Part shown: positions 13,548-27,472 of the stretch, one piece after another | Position numbering within the stretch: the first letter of the stretch is position 1 | Layout of the letters: every line of letters begins with the position of its first letter | Source of the DNA: Octopus bimaculoides | Taxonomy: Eukaryota | DNA length: 64,000 nt | NCBI RefSeq assembly: GCF_001194135.2 | Contig: NC_068984.1 | Span: 2,095,068-2,159,067 of the forward strand | Reading direction: 5' to 3' | Made by a program: the position numbers and the translations under genes | Notes under the pieces: model-generated | Databases searched by the model: none | What the model was told of the DNA's origin: nothing | The model's input: only the letters and a program-made list of their open reading frames with translations

Positions 13548-14434
13548 GAGTCATTATATAGACATAAATCTCTAATATCGACTTATAGCTTCATAGAGGC
13601 CTGGGAACAATTGGACGTTTTCTTGGTCGTTCCAGCTACAAGAAATAACAACCAAACCTCCCTAAAATGAATTTAAAGTATTTGTTTTTTGTTGTTTGAG
13701 TTTCGGTAAAGAACAGTGGTAGGATTTTAAAAAATGAAGGCAGACATTGTATAAAATAGGACAAAGTACATTATATAAGGAAGAAAATGAGAATGGATGG
13801 TCGTTACTGGAACGATGTTGATCCTAAGTCTACTAGATCAATACAACAACGATGCAATCAGTTCATAAAATATTGGTTAATCTTCAGATGTGTTCTCCCA
13901 GAGGAAAGAGACTATTAATAAGAAAACAAAAACTCCTAAAGTATTCATTTAAATCTTGCAGTGTTTCTAAAATAATTAATAATGACATTATTCTAATGAC
14001 GTGTCCCATCAAATATTGTTAGAAATATTGTTACAAATCTATCAAGCCCACTGCTTTACTTTAATAAAAAAGAAGCAACGACAAAATAATGTCTGAAATA
14101 TATTTGTTGCTATTTAGCAGACATTTTGCAAAGTTATTTCAATATTGTAAATATTTTCACAACGGCGAATTAATAGAATCGTTAGCAGGCCGGACGAAAT
14201 GCTTAGCGGAATTTCGTCCGTCCCTATGTTGTAAGTTAAATGTTCGCTTTTGTCTTTCATCCTATCGGGATCGATAAAATAAGTACCAGATGAACTAGTC
14301 AACTAGTCTCATTCTTCAAAATTGCTGGCCTTTGAAATCAATATCGGGAATATTTTCTAGGCATGGCAAGAATCTTGCTTCTCAACCACATGGTTCTGGG
14401 CTCAGTTGAAGTGCCTTCTACCCTAGATGGAAAG

Positions 14435-14478
14435 TGTCGCTGAAGAGGCCACAGATGTGTGACGAAAGATTTCCAGAC
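14435..14478 (+). ncRNA. Decayed minimal hammerhead-like motif
   Basis: tgtcg CTGAAGA g gccaca-gatg-tgtgac GAAA gatt TC cagaca. Core intact, helix II 5/6, helix I needs a 1-nt bulge. Confidence 0.38.
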
Positions 14479-14565
14479 AATGGACATGAGTTAGAATAAG
14501 AACAATTATAAACGATTGAAGAACAGATATACAGTGCGTGTGTTTACTTAAATAACAGTATATAT

Positions 14566-14600
<35 letters not shown>

Positions 14601-15302
14601 NNNNNNNNNNNNNNNNNNNNNNNNNNNNNNNNNNNNNNNNNNNNNNNNNNNNNNNNNNNNNNNNNNNNNNNNNNNNNNNNNNNNNNNNNNNNNNNNNNNN
14701 NNNNNNNNNNNNNNNNNNNNNNNNNNNNNNNNNNNNNNNNNNNNNNNNNNNNNNNNNNNNNNNNNNNNNNNNNNNNNNNNNNNNNNNNNNNNNNNNNNNN
14801 NNNNNNNNNNNNNNNNNNNNNNNNNNNNNNNNNNNNNNNNNNNNNNNNNNNNNNNNNNNNNNNNNNNNNNNNNNNNNNNNNNNNNNNNNNNNNNNNNNNN
14901 NNNNCTCACTGTCCTGTTCTTGTTAACACTTTCACCCATCGCAAAAAATCCCAAATTTGGTTTAATTTGCTTTGCGGGAAGGTCTGTTCCAACGAAGTCG
15001 CGTATTATCCTTGCCTTCGAAACGCGGAGTAGTTGAAACAGGGACAACTGAAGAAGGGTTATACTCTTTATGTTGCATGTCTCGTTTCTCTGTTTTTCAT
15101 TGTTCGAAAAAAAGTTCGTTTTCTATGTTTTCGTTATGTTTTCGTTTCTCATTGTGTTTAACGTTTTTTTTTTTAATATCCTGTACCCATATATGCATGT
15201 ATGTATGCATATAGATGTAGGTATGTACATATATGTATGGATATATGCATATATTTATTTATTCATTTCATATATATATATATATATATATATGCATATA
15301 TT

Positions 15303-15347
<45 letters not shown>

Positions 15348-15459
15348 ACGGAATTCTTTCAGTTCCCGACTACCAAATCCACTCACAAAGCTTTTGTCGG
15401 CCCGAGGCTACAGTAGAAGACACTGAAGCCAGAACCATGTGGTTGGTAAGCAAGCTACT

Positions 15460-16230
15460 TTATTTCATTCAATTTGCCATCAAGACATTACACAGAAGTA
15501 GTAGCTGCGAGCTGGACAATAACATTAGCGGAATACATCTTCTGGGAAGGAGTCCATTATCCGTGTCTGAGATGACCTCCACAGCTACCTGCGGAGGCCA
15601 TCCAAGATCTTTAATGCTGGTTATGTCTCCTCCCCTGGCAAACTTTTTTGTAAACTTTCCCACCGCCTCTCCCTTGCGGAAGAAGACCAAATATTGTTCC
15701 TTCACTGGGTCGAGGCCACAACTTCCGTCGGTGGCACAATTTCCACCGACGGGGCTTCGGAACATACCGGCAGTGTATTAACCGCCGGCACTGTCCCATT
15801 TTTCTTCTTTTTTCTCCCCTTCGCTACGGGAGGGTGTAGTTCCTCCGCTTTAACCAGAGGATCTTCCCTCCCTCCCGCAGCCTTGGGGTCCTTCGGTGGG
15901 TAACCATTGTTGCCCACCTTTTTTCACCTTTTTTCGGAGGGGTGTCTTCACTGCCTCCATCTCTCTCTCCGAAGGAGGAAGTGGGGGTTCTTCCATCACT
16001 AACTGTTCCAGGACATCTGGTGCTGGGGCAGTTTTTTTTAATGTGGCCTGGTTCCAGGCATAAGTGACACTTGGGTGGGGTGGGGGCATCCCTCAAGAAT
16101 CATCGGATACCTAGAACCGGCCATTTTAAGAAAATCTGGAAACACCAAATTCTTGGCTGATTGGGCCCACAGGGTCAAAACCACTTTACGAGAAAATTTT
16201 CTGAGAAAAGAAAAGTAGTGTTTCATCGTG
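15460..16230 (-). mobile_element. Tx1/L1-like LINE ORF1 fragment with CCHC zinc knuckle
   Basis: FPDFLKMAGSRYPMILEGCP, then after a frameshift KCHLCLEPGHIKKNCP (C-x2-C-x4-H-x4-C), followed by a basic, proline-rich tail. Confidence 0.62.
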
Positions 16231-17415
16231 CACTTATTGAAAAACATCCTGAAGTGGTTGTGTGTGTGGGGGGGGGGCGGAGTGTGTGATTCTGTGTAAA
16301 GAAATACATTATCGTGACAGTATATTTGAATAAAATATAATTTCATAAAGTTATCAAACATAAACTACATTACGAGAGAAGCGTATTTCAGCTCTATATT
16401 CTTTCAGATCAATTATTCTTTTATTCTTTTTTTTTTGTTTGTTTCAATCATTTGACTGCGGCCATGCTGGAGCACCGCTTTTAGTCGAACAAATTGACGC
16501 CAGGACTTATTTTTTGTAAGCCTAGTGTTTGAAGAATATGTAATAATGTGCTGGGGAATGGGAAATAATGAGTTGATGTGACCTCCCCCTCACACAAATG
16601 CTGTTGTATTGTAAGCAATGTTTTTGGTAAACAGTCTGTGACAACATGGCCGTTTTTCAACGTTTTATTATTAGTAACAGTTAGCGTACCTAACGGACTT
16701 GTGCTCGTCTTGCTTCCACGCCTACAACACTTGGTCTCCCATCTTTATTCGACGCTTCAGTTGCAGGGCAATTATTGGATATATTTGGAAAAAAAAAAAT
16801 CACACATATATAGTTATTGCGCGGTAAGAAGCTCGCTTCCCACCCACATGGCCCCGGGTCAGTCCCACAGCGTGGCACCTTGATCAAGTGTCTTCTACCG
16901 TATTCTAAGCCGACTATATATGGTAGAAGTTAACTCATGAACGAGTAAGAACGCTTCCTAAACTCAGTAAGTCCGTGCCAACGTATCGAGGGTCCAAGAG
17001 GTTCCTTAGCGTGAATTTGTTTTGTGTGAATAAAGTGTTGCACATCATTGAACCCATTTTTCAGCGCAAACAGCTACAAAACAAGTGGCACAGAAACAGA
17101 CGTTGAGACATCCAGAAACCAACGGAACTTTAGGTTTTGTTTTTACGAATTTACCTTCTCCAAGAAAGAAGTTCTAAGGAGATCTAGGGGTCCTTCACAT
17201 CCGGTGCTTCACTTGCTAATAAATCTATAACTGGAACCCTCACAGGTGCTACTACTCTGGGTCAGGGTAGACCGAGGAATAGTAGTGGCCATGGAGGGGT
17301 TCCACACTCCTCGAAACATTGGAACTCTCGTACCAGGGCCCCAAAACCGGATGCAGTTTAGAGCCCTACCAAGGACGTATATATATATACATACATTACA
17401 TACATTCTAAACAAA

Positions 17416-17456
17416 ACAGTCCGACGAACGGGAACGTGAAACTCTGAGTAACATGT
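17416..17456 (+). ncRNA. Minimal type I hammerhead-like motif (U4 to C variant)
   Basis: acagt CCGACGA acg-ggaa-cgt GAAA ctctgag TA acatgt. Helix III ACTC-T-GAGT is palindromic, cleavage triplet GUA, AATAAA about 25 nt downstream. Confidence 0.5.
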
Positions 17457-17612
17457 TTTGTGATATTTTTGCTGCTTTTTAATAAAGCATATTACTCTAC
17501 CCCTGGTATTCGAGTATTATTTTTTCCACCTTGTTTCGCATTTATGTGATTACTCTGGTGTACATATACATACATGCAGACAGATAGATAGATAGATAGA
17601 TGATAGATAGAT

Positions 17613-17671
<59 letters not shown>

Positions 17672-17822
17672 GTATATATATATGTATATATATACATATA
17701 TGTATGTTTAATGTATATATTTATATATGCACGTTTGTGTGTGGGTATATATATATATATATACATGTATATATATGTATGTATGTATGTATGTTTGTAT
17801 GTATATATATATATATACATAC

Positions 17823-17862
<40 letters not shown>

Positions 17863-18058
17863 CTACACTCCAGGAGTGGTTGGCGTTAGGAAGGGCATCC
17901 AGCTGTAGAAACTCTGCCAAATCAGATTGGAGCCTAGTGTAGCCATCTGGTTCACCAGTCCTCAGTCCAATCGTCCAACCCATGCCAGCATGGAAAGCGG
18001 ACGTTAAACGATGATGATAATAATGATGATATATATATGTGAATGTATGAATGTATGT

Positions 18059-18203
18059 ATGTACGATGGTTTGTTTTAGTATTGTCTTCTGCATTGAACT
18101 CTGCAAACGTGCGGTTGTCTGTGTATGTGCGCATGCGCACCTATGTGACTGTATAGATATATACATTTATAAACCAACGTATACACACACACAAGACCTT
18201 ATG

Positions 18204-18246
<43 letters not shown>

Positions 18247-18441
18247 GGATATATAGATAGATACTTAAAGACGTATATATCGAAAATAAATACAAACCAA
18301 AAGACAAGAAATGCTCCCCCCATCTGAAATGTCTTCCATTCTATGCTGCGTAAAATCACACACACACACACACACACGCATACGTACACACATACACACA
18401 CATACACACATGCACACGCGCGCAAACACACGCACGCAAAC

Positions 18442-18527
<86 letters not shown>

Positions 18528-19954
18528 ACATTCACGCACACGCCCTATCACAGCTTTCTGATCCGGCTTCAGTGTCAATATGGCGGCCATTACCATGGTT
18601 TATTAATAAAAGCATGACTTAAGGCGTAAAGTCGTGTGCCAGCGACCAGAGAGGTTAACAATTCCGGACAGTTTCGCTATTGAATCGGCCTTTTCCGGAA
18701 ATCTTCTCTTCCGTTCAACATTGTCAACGGCAGGTTTCTATTTCCTTGTTTTCAACAAAAATCAACTTCCTGTTTTTGTTTAGATTTATTAATCTTTTAG
18801 TTGTGTTACACGTGTAATGTTATGGGTATTTGTTGTTTGCGTGGCTCTGCTCGTGCTGTGCGTACGCGCTTCTGCACGTGTGTGGGCATGAATATTCTTA
18901 TCCGTGCATACGTACGTGCATCTATACTCTTATACACATGCACGTGTGTGTACATATACATATGTATTTAGAAATACATGCATATATACGTACACACACA
19001 CACAAACACTCACAAACATATATATATATATGTGCATGTATGTATAAATATACACACACAAACAGCTATAATCATATACATACACACAAACACGTTTATA
19101 TATATATATATATATATATNNNNNNNNNNNNNNNNNNNNNNNNNNNNNNNNNNNNNNNNNNNNNNNNNNNNNNNNNNNNNNNNNNNNNNNNNNNNNNNNN
19201 NNNNNNNNNNNNNNNNNNNNNNNNNNNNNNNNNNNNNNNNNNNNNNNNNNNNNNNNNNNNNNNNNNNNNNNNNNNNNNNNNNNNNNNNNNNNNNNNNNNN
19301 NNNNNNNNNNNNNNNNNNNNNNNNNNNNNNNNNNNNNNNNNNNNNNNNNNNNNNNNNNNNNNNNNNNNNNNNNNNNNNNNNNNNNNNNNNNNNNNNNNNN
19401 NNNNNNNNNNNNNNNNNNNNNNNNNNNNNNNNNNNNNNNNNNNNNNNNNNNNNNNNNNNNNNNNNNNNNNNNNNNNNNNNNNNNNNNNNNNNNNNNNNNN
19501 NNNNNNNNNNNNNNNNNNNNNNNNNNNNNNNNNNNNNNNNNNNNNNNNNNNNNNNNNNNNNNNNNNNNNNNNNNNNNNNNNNNNNNNNNNNNNNNNNNNN
19601 NNNNNNNNNNNNNNNNNNNNNNNNNNNNNNNNNNNNNNNNNNNNNNNNNNNNNNNNNNNNNNNNNNNNNNNNNNNNNNNNNNNNNNNNNNNNNNNNNNNN
19701 NNNNNNNNNNNNNNNNNNNNNNNNNNNNNNNNNNNNNNNNNNNNNNNNNNNNNNNNNNNNNNNNNNNNNNNNNNNNNNNNNNNNNNNNNNNNNNNNNNNN
19801 NNNNNNNNNNNNNNNNNNNNNNNNNNNNNNNNNNNNNNNNNNNNNNNNNNNNNNNNNNNNNNNNNNNNNNNNNNNNNNNNNNNNNNNNNNNNNNNNNNNN
19901 NNNNNNNNNNNNNNNNNNNNNNNNNNNNNNNNNNNNNNNNNNNNNNNNNNNNNN

Positions 19955-20002
<48 letters not shown>

Positions 20003-20145
20003 CATGTACGATGGTTTGTTTTAGTATTGTTTTCTGCATTAAACTCTGCAAACGTACGGTTGTCTGTGTATGTGCGCATGCGCACCTATGTGACTGTATA
20101 GATATATACATTTATAAACCTATGTACACACACACAAGACCTTAT
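18059..20145 (+). repeat. About 143-bp direct repeat of non-microsatellite sequence (18059-18202 and 20004-20145)
   Basis: atgtacgatggtttgttttagtattg..cacaagaccttat occurs twice with a few substitutions, on either side of an N gap. Confidence 0.85.
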
Positions 20146-20850
20146 CATTAGTACACACACACACACACACACACAGAGGACCTTCTCATTATCAGCGTCC
20201 GTGATGTTTCTACACTTGTTCTCTGTTGACATTACACTTGTTCCATTTCGCTTTTGCTACTTTTTTGTTTATTGAATTTGTTTTTAAGGGTGATGATGAT
20301 GATGGTGGTGGTGGTGGTGGTGGTGGTGGTGGTAGTGGTGGTGCTGGTGATGATGGTGTTGCTGTGGTTGTTGTTGTTGTTGTCATGGTTGTCATTATGG
20401 TCGTGGATGTTGTTTCCATGATTGTTGCTGTATTCGCTGTTTGCTATTGTTGTTGTTGTTGTTGCTGACCTCTTCGTTGTGGTCATGGTGGTAAGGGTTG
20501 ATATTGTTCTTGTTATTCTTATTATTGTTACTGTCGTTGTTGTTGTTGTTGTTGTTGCTGAGATTTTCGCCTTCGTTGTTCCTCTTCTTAATACTGTCGT
20601 CCTCACCGTTGTTGCTGCCATTCCGTGATTCCTTCAGTCTTCATATTCCTCTGATAGTCTCACATTTCGGCACAAGGCCAGCAATTTCGGGGAAAGGGGA
20701 AAATCGATTCATCGACCCTCCCCTTCCCCCGAGTTCAACAGGTACTTATTTTATCGATCTCGAAAGGATGAGAAGCAAAGTCGAAGTCGGCGAAATTTGA
20801 ACATACCTCTAATATTGGGGTAGTTTTATTCTCATAGAATTTGGGTAATC

Positions 20851-20905
<55 letters not shown>

Positions 20906-21169
20906 CCATCACCATCACCATCATCACCACCTTCTTCTTTCGACACCACGACCACCACTACCGCCACTATCAGCTCCCACCTCGTTTCCACCACTGTTAT
21001 TTGATACAGGACTCAATACTTGGATGAGAGTACGCAGATATGCTTACTTCACCCAATAAGTTACAGTCTACACGTGTTTCGCTGATCGCGACGATTCTGT
21101 TGTTGATATATTTAATATATCTGTGCTTTCACACAGACCCACACACATATACATATGTATGTATGTATG

Positions 21170-21202
<33 letters not shown>

Positions 21203-21361
21203 TTGTATATATATATATATTTATATATGTATCCATATATATATATACATACATATATATATATATACATCTGCATATATATTCATATATGTTCATATAT
21301 ACACATACATATACATATACACATATACATACACTTACACACAGTATACATTTATATATGC

Positions 21362-21407
<46 letters not shown>

Positions 21408-21547
21408 ATGTATATACATACATACACGTATACACGCGCGCATGCGCGCACACATAAAAGATGTCACTAGGAAATGTGAGATAATGAACGGTAGAAGTGA
21501 GTGAGAGAAAGAGAGAGAAGGAAAAAGAGAGAACGAGCAGTGAAAGA

Positions 21548-21611
<64 letters not shown>

Positions 21612-21771
21612 ATAGTAGTAGTAGTAGTAGTTGTAGTAGTTGAGTGATGGTAACAGAAAATAATGAAAATGAAAGAAAATAGAAGTCGTGTGTGTAGGTG
21701 CGTGTTTACAGTTGTACATACATGTATATGTTGCTGCATGTGTTTGTGTTGGACTGTGTGTGTGTGTTGTG

Positions 21772-21810
<39 letters not shown>

Positions 21811-22878
21811 CGGTTGTATGTATGCGAGTGTTTCTCTGAACGTATGTGTGTGTATGTTGGGCTGTGTACGTGTGTGTGTATTCAGCTGTGTGTACGTGTG
21901 TGTGTTTGTGTGTGTGTGTGTGTTTTAGTGTTTCCGCGTATTAGAATGTTCGGTTTAATGCCCCCCCCCTCATACACACACACACATATATACACAAACA
22001 AAATAAAATGCTAAATAAAAAATAAAGAATAAAAACTAGTGGAAGCTAAAATCCCTTCGACTGATTCAGACACGTTTCGATCGGATCACGTCACTGGTTT
22101 CCTCTTCGTCGTCCTCATCCACTGCCATGCCTTCCTTTAATGGTTCATTCACGTTTGGAACACTTCACAATCAATTGCATTTCGCGGAAATTTCTTTAAC
22201 CAGGAAAACGTCTTTGCTTGCCAGAATTCATTTTGCAACGATAAGTAATTTCCCGCCAACAAAAAATATATTGTTCAGCGTCGACTATCGCTTGCAAAGA
22301 AATGCAAACATCGGACGTGGTATTTGCACTCTCTTATGTCAAGAGATACAGAGAAGAAGAGAGGGAAGAAAAAAGACAATTAGATAACCAAACAGGGGAA
22401 AGGAAGCCAAACTTATTTTAGCAACAAAATACACGTTTATACACGAGGACAAACCTGTGAGAATTTAATTTAAAAGAATATTTGACTTAAAATGTAAACG
22501 GCTCGCAGATTTGCTTTCCGAAGTTTATTTACGTGAGTGGAAACAAGAAAGTTGGCGAATATTTCAATAAATCTTTTCGCCTTCCGAATGTTCTGTCATT
22601 TGACTGATCTCTGTGCCCAGAAATAGTTGAAATGGTGTGAGACGAAGACAAATACGAATGATGTGACATTGCCAAGAATAGGAAGATACCATGTTGCATT
22701 GAAATGCCATGTCATATCAAATAGAATAGTAACCAGAATACAAAGCTGGAATGGTTAAGGGAATCGACAATAGAACTGTTGTGATTGCTGTTGTCGTCAT
22801 TGTTTAACCACCCTCCACCACCCCAGACCCATGATCAATGTCCTTCTGTCTATGACCATCCCGCCTTTTTTTTATTCA

Positions 22879-22978
22879 GGGCATATGGTGTAGTGGTTAA
22901 GAGCGCAAGCTACTAACCCCAAGTTTCCGAGTTCGATTCCAGGCAGTGACCTGAATAATAATAATAATAATAATAATG

Positions 22979-23009
<31 letters not shown>

Positions 23010-23189
23010 CGAAAAATACCTTAGGAATAAGAACCCAGGTTCGAAATTTCCCCAAGACACCTGATGAAGGCTGGAGGGTATATCAGCCGAAATGTTGTGT
23101 TAACAACAAACAAGATGAGGACAAATATCCGTCAATTGTAAATAATGTAAATAATGCATATAATTCCTCGTCTCTTAAATATAGAACTG
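22879..23189 (+). mobile_element. tRNA-headed SINE with (AAT)n linker and hammerhead-containing body (family A)
   Basis: A box TGGTGTAGTGG 22886-22896, B box GAGTTCGATTCC 22929-22940, AAT run, and a body ending tagaactg; homologous copies at 38019-38650 and 38800-40046. Confidence 0.8.
23056..23101 (+). ncRNA. Minimal hammerhead-like motif within SINE family A
   Basis: gacac CTGATGA a ggctg-gagggtatat-cagcc GAAA tg TT gtgtt. Helix I 5 bp, helix II 5 bp; helix III ATGT would be palindromic ACGT before a CpG transition (inference). Confidence 0.52.
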
Positions 23190-23438
23190 TAAAGTATTAA
23201 AGACGATATTTTCCAAACGTTTTTAATAGGGTAGAGTATGCTTTGAAGGAAATTTGACTGTTATTTCTAGTAGATCCTGTGACCATATACAAGCTCCTTC
23301 GCTGAATCGAGTCTATTCAGTCTTACTGCGTGGAGAAGTAATTCTTGGTGATTCCTATTTGGGTTCGAATCTCACTTGAAAGCATTTACGCTCAGCTCAG
23401 AGATTTCCTCTCTAGCAAAACACGATCATCATGAGTAG

Positions 23439-23480
<42 letters not shown>

Positions 23481-24024
23481 CGGCCACCACGCAGGAAGAT
23501 GGAGAAAACTCCTGCCGTATCCCAACTGTTAATCGGTTTTAATTCGCAGCTTATACATTCTCTCCTGACACTGGGAAATATTTTTAGGAAAAGAATGAAC
23601 ATCGCGTATTCTTATTTCCGTCTTCCACTAAAATATACGGAGTTTACACCTCGTGAAAGACAAAAAAGCTGACATGGTAAGATTTGAAACCAGAACCTTG
23701 AAGTAGCGCATGGAAACCACAAATATCTTGATGAAAGGAGCCTATAATTCTCTGTATAATGTATGTTATTATTGTTTAGCCACAGGCTAAATCCTATGAT
23801 AAAAAATGATTATTGTATATATTTTAGATAAATAGGAATACATTTTCTCGTGTCATTCTTTTTGTTAAGTGAGTGAGGTGTAATTTAGCGGAATTTTGTT
23901 TCTGTTTCAAGCAAACCACATTACCAATTAAATATACGCGTGTTCCACAAATATCGGTGTGTGCAATACAAACTTATTTATAGAAATTGCTATATCAAGT
24001 GTATGTGTGTGTTCCGTAAATCTC

Positions 24025-24313
24025 TCTTGCGCCCTTTTAAAGCCTAGCCAGGCTCATGGGCCCGGTTTCCCGGTTTCTACGGCGTATGAACGGGACGCCA
24101 GTCCATCGCAGCGTTACTCAAGAAACAGGAAGAAAGAGTGAGAGAAAGTTGGGGCGAAAGAATACAAAAGGGGGTCGCCACTATCCCCTGCCGGAGCATC
24201 GTGGAGCTTTAGTTGCTTTCGCTCAATAAACACCACAACGCCCAGTCTGGGAATCGAAACCGCGATCCTCCGACTGCGAGTCCGCTGCTCTAACCACTGG
24301 GCCATTGCGCCTC
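24025..24313 (-). mobile_element. tRNA-derived SINE (distinct body)
   Basis: Minus head gaggcgcaatggcccagtggttagagc..ggtttcgattccc, body gctgcgatggactggcgtccc. Confidence 0.7.
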
Positions 24314-24536
24314 AACGTGTTCCATAAATAGTGAAGTCACATCTACAAACGGTGTTGTGCAGCGACTGTAATCACCAGTCTCTTACTGCAAGGACGGATG
24401 ACACGATGCCAGATGTTTAAAACATTCATTTTCACCTCCTGGTGAATGCAGTCACCCCAACAAGGCTGGTTGGATACTGTGAACCAAAAATTAAGCCCCT
24501 AACACACACACGCACACATGCGCATACACGCGCGCG

Positions 24537-24579
<43 letters not shown>

Positions 24580-24659
24580 ATGCGCACACACACACATGCA
24601 CGTGTACACATGCATGCATTCAAACAGACACATATGCGCACACATACACACAGATATAA

Positions 24660-24743
<84 letters not shown>

Positions 24744-25194
24744 ATATATATACATACACGTATGTTACATCTATATTATATCATACCTTGATATTGTGTG
24801 GGCTAAGATCCCTATTGACAGGCCACTGGTGTTTATAAAGTTTTAAACAGTTTCGGTATGCAACTTAGGGACTCCTTCATAGAGTGACTGCTGTATTTGT
24901 TGAGTATATAAATAGTTTGGCTGATTGTTTCGCTGATTGAACCAGTAAGGTTCGAAAATCGATTAAGGATATTCATCTTATTTTTTTTCACTCTGAAATC
25001 TGGTTCTACGAGAAAACAGGAAAACGAAAATAAAGGTTTACGTACGAGAAAATCTGATAAAATACATGTCTGCTTCGTTCAAATAAAACATTAGTCAACA
25101 ATGGCAACAGCAAGCTAGTTTCCCAGCGGCGGTGGAGGGAGCAAAGCCTGAGCTTTCTGAGTCGATCCCAATAGTCAAGGCTTGTCGTGTCATC

Positions 25195-25585
25195 CTCCGC
25201 AGACCTCCGCCAAGTAGTTCATTTTAAGATAGATACGCGAGTAAAATTACTAATAGAGAAACGAAAATGAACTTTGGAAACAGCAACGCCACCATAGGTT
25301 ACGCAGAAATGATGAACATGGTTTCTAGAGACATAATCAAAGAACGTAACATTGTAATACGTCATGTAAAGTAAATATAACAAATGAAAAATCCTTCAAG
25401 AATCCATAAAAATTCCCAGATCACTACCAAAATTTCATCATCTGTTCTTTGTGGCATTACCAACTTTTCCTGTAAGTTTCATCGAATACCGTTCACAACT
25501 TCTTGAGTTATTTTGCACACAGATGGACAGACAGACAAACCAACACCGATGAAAACATAACCTCCTTCCTTGGCGGAGGTAATTA
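25195..25585 (-). mobile_element. Second HINE/DINE-1-like element
   Basis: Perfect 12-bp subTIRs acctccgccaag (25203-25214) and cttggcggaggt (25569-25580), partial inverted repeat acctcc at 25560-25565, (GTCT)n microsatellite near the 5' end. Confidence 0.58.
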
Positions 25586-25646
25586 GGATGGAAATAAAAC
25601 AAGTCAAAATAACTATACAAGTAGTACGCAGAAGAAAACACACACA

Positions 25647-25682
<36 letters not shown>

Positions 25683-26545
25683 TACACACAAATACACACG
25701 CATACACGTCTATCATTTTATGTACACATGTATAAGCATTTATATATATATTTATATATATTCATATGCACGCACATGCACACACACTCACACACACACG
25801 CTTATATATTTATATATTCGAATATACAATATATTTTGTACACACGCGTACACACATATTTGTGTGTGTGTGTGTGTGTGTTTGATGATGGATCTAGTGT
25901 TGGTGGCGGTGCTTCGTGTTTTGGTGCAATATGGTTGGAGATGTCTTTTATAGGTGTAATATATAAAATCATTTTTTATATACGTAATACCCTCAGGAAC
26001 TACCTCCTCCTCTTCCTCCCCTCTTCCTTCTTTTCGGCGTAATTGGAGACGTGAATAGGTTTTTGTCTCATCTACGGTCCTTTCTCCCCAGTTCAACCCC
26101 AGTTTCACCCCCTCCTCCTCCTCTACACCTTTTTTTTTTTTTTTTTTTGACTCCTTAACTTGCAAGAGAAACAATCTCTGCTATTCTTTCGCTTCCTTCG
26201 ACACTCAATCATTTTCCACTTTAGGCCCTTGTCAAAGGATGCCGTGAAAAAGGGTCAGCTGGTTTGCTATGACATGAACCCTTCCTCCCAGGCCTCCCTA
26301 AATTTATACTATCCCCATCACCACAACTAGTTCCCTTTAGATCAGCATGGTGCAGGGCACAAATTTCTTCGCCTCACATTTCATCTTGGACAGAGAGAAA
26401 CGATGGAGAGAGAAATTAATCACGAGAAACGGTGAACAGCGAATGAGGAATGATGAAGACATCTTTGATTGTGTGTATGTGCGTGTGTGCGTGCGTGTGT
26501 GTGTGAATATATGTGTGTGTATGTATATATGTATGTATGTGTATG

Positions 26546-26593
<48 letters not shown>

Positions 26594-26721
26594 AGAAAAA
26601 GCTTGTTCATGTTTACGTATGAATATGCATACATATATATAAATAAATGCGCGTGAATAGATGTATATATAAGTTTATGTATGTATGTATATATTTATAA
26701 ATATGCAGGAGAAAAAGTGAA

Positions 26722-26781
<60 letters not shown>

Positions 26782-26960
26782 GAATTATGAATGAATCCAT
26801 AGAAAGACACATTGATAATGGAGCTAGAGAAAATGTATTAAATACAGACAGGTGGAAGGAAATATAATTAAATGACTAGGTATATACATACATCTATATG
26901 TATGTATGTGTGTGTATGTATGTATATATATATATATATATATATATGATTATAAATGTC

Positions 26961-27014
<54 letters not shown>

Positions 27015-27472
27015 NNNNNNNNNNTGTGTGTATATATATATATATATATATACATCGGTATGTAGATAGATAGATAGATGGATCAATCCATTCATTCACA
27101 CATCAACATCAAGATGATGAACGAGAGTTTGTGGATGATGTGTGCAGTGGAAGTTTTATTATATCGATGCTGTCTGTAGTGATGATGATGATGATGATGA
27201 TGATGATGACCATATCGGTGATGATTGTATGAAAAGTGTTAATCGTGGTGATATAGGTGTTGTTGTTAGTGTCTTAAGTGAAGGTGGTGGTGAGGGTGGG
27301 GGTGCTGGTCGTGCCGGCGGCGGCGGCGGTAGATGCCTTACCAGAATCGATGATAAAATGCGTAAACAAGGAAAAATGACTCCACGGCACTTGTTGGCAC
27401 ATAATGCACTTTACACGACCATCACACTGTTGCTGTCTCAGACTCTATCACACAACCTCTGTCACATTATGC

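Noticed and set aside
14985-15075. GAAACGCG and CUGAAGA with a 5-bp stem in a short repeat
   Set aside because: The parts are not in hammerhead order with intact partners; at most two very decayed remnants.
21060-21140. GAAACACGUGUA palindrome like the 35.5 kb family
   Set aside because: Only the 3' half is present; no recognisable CUGANGA.
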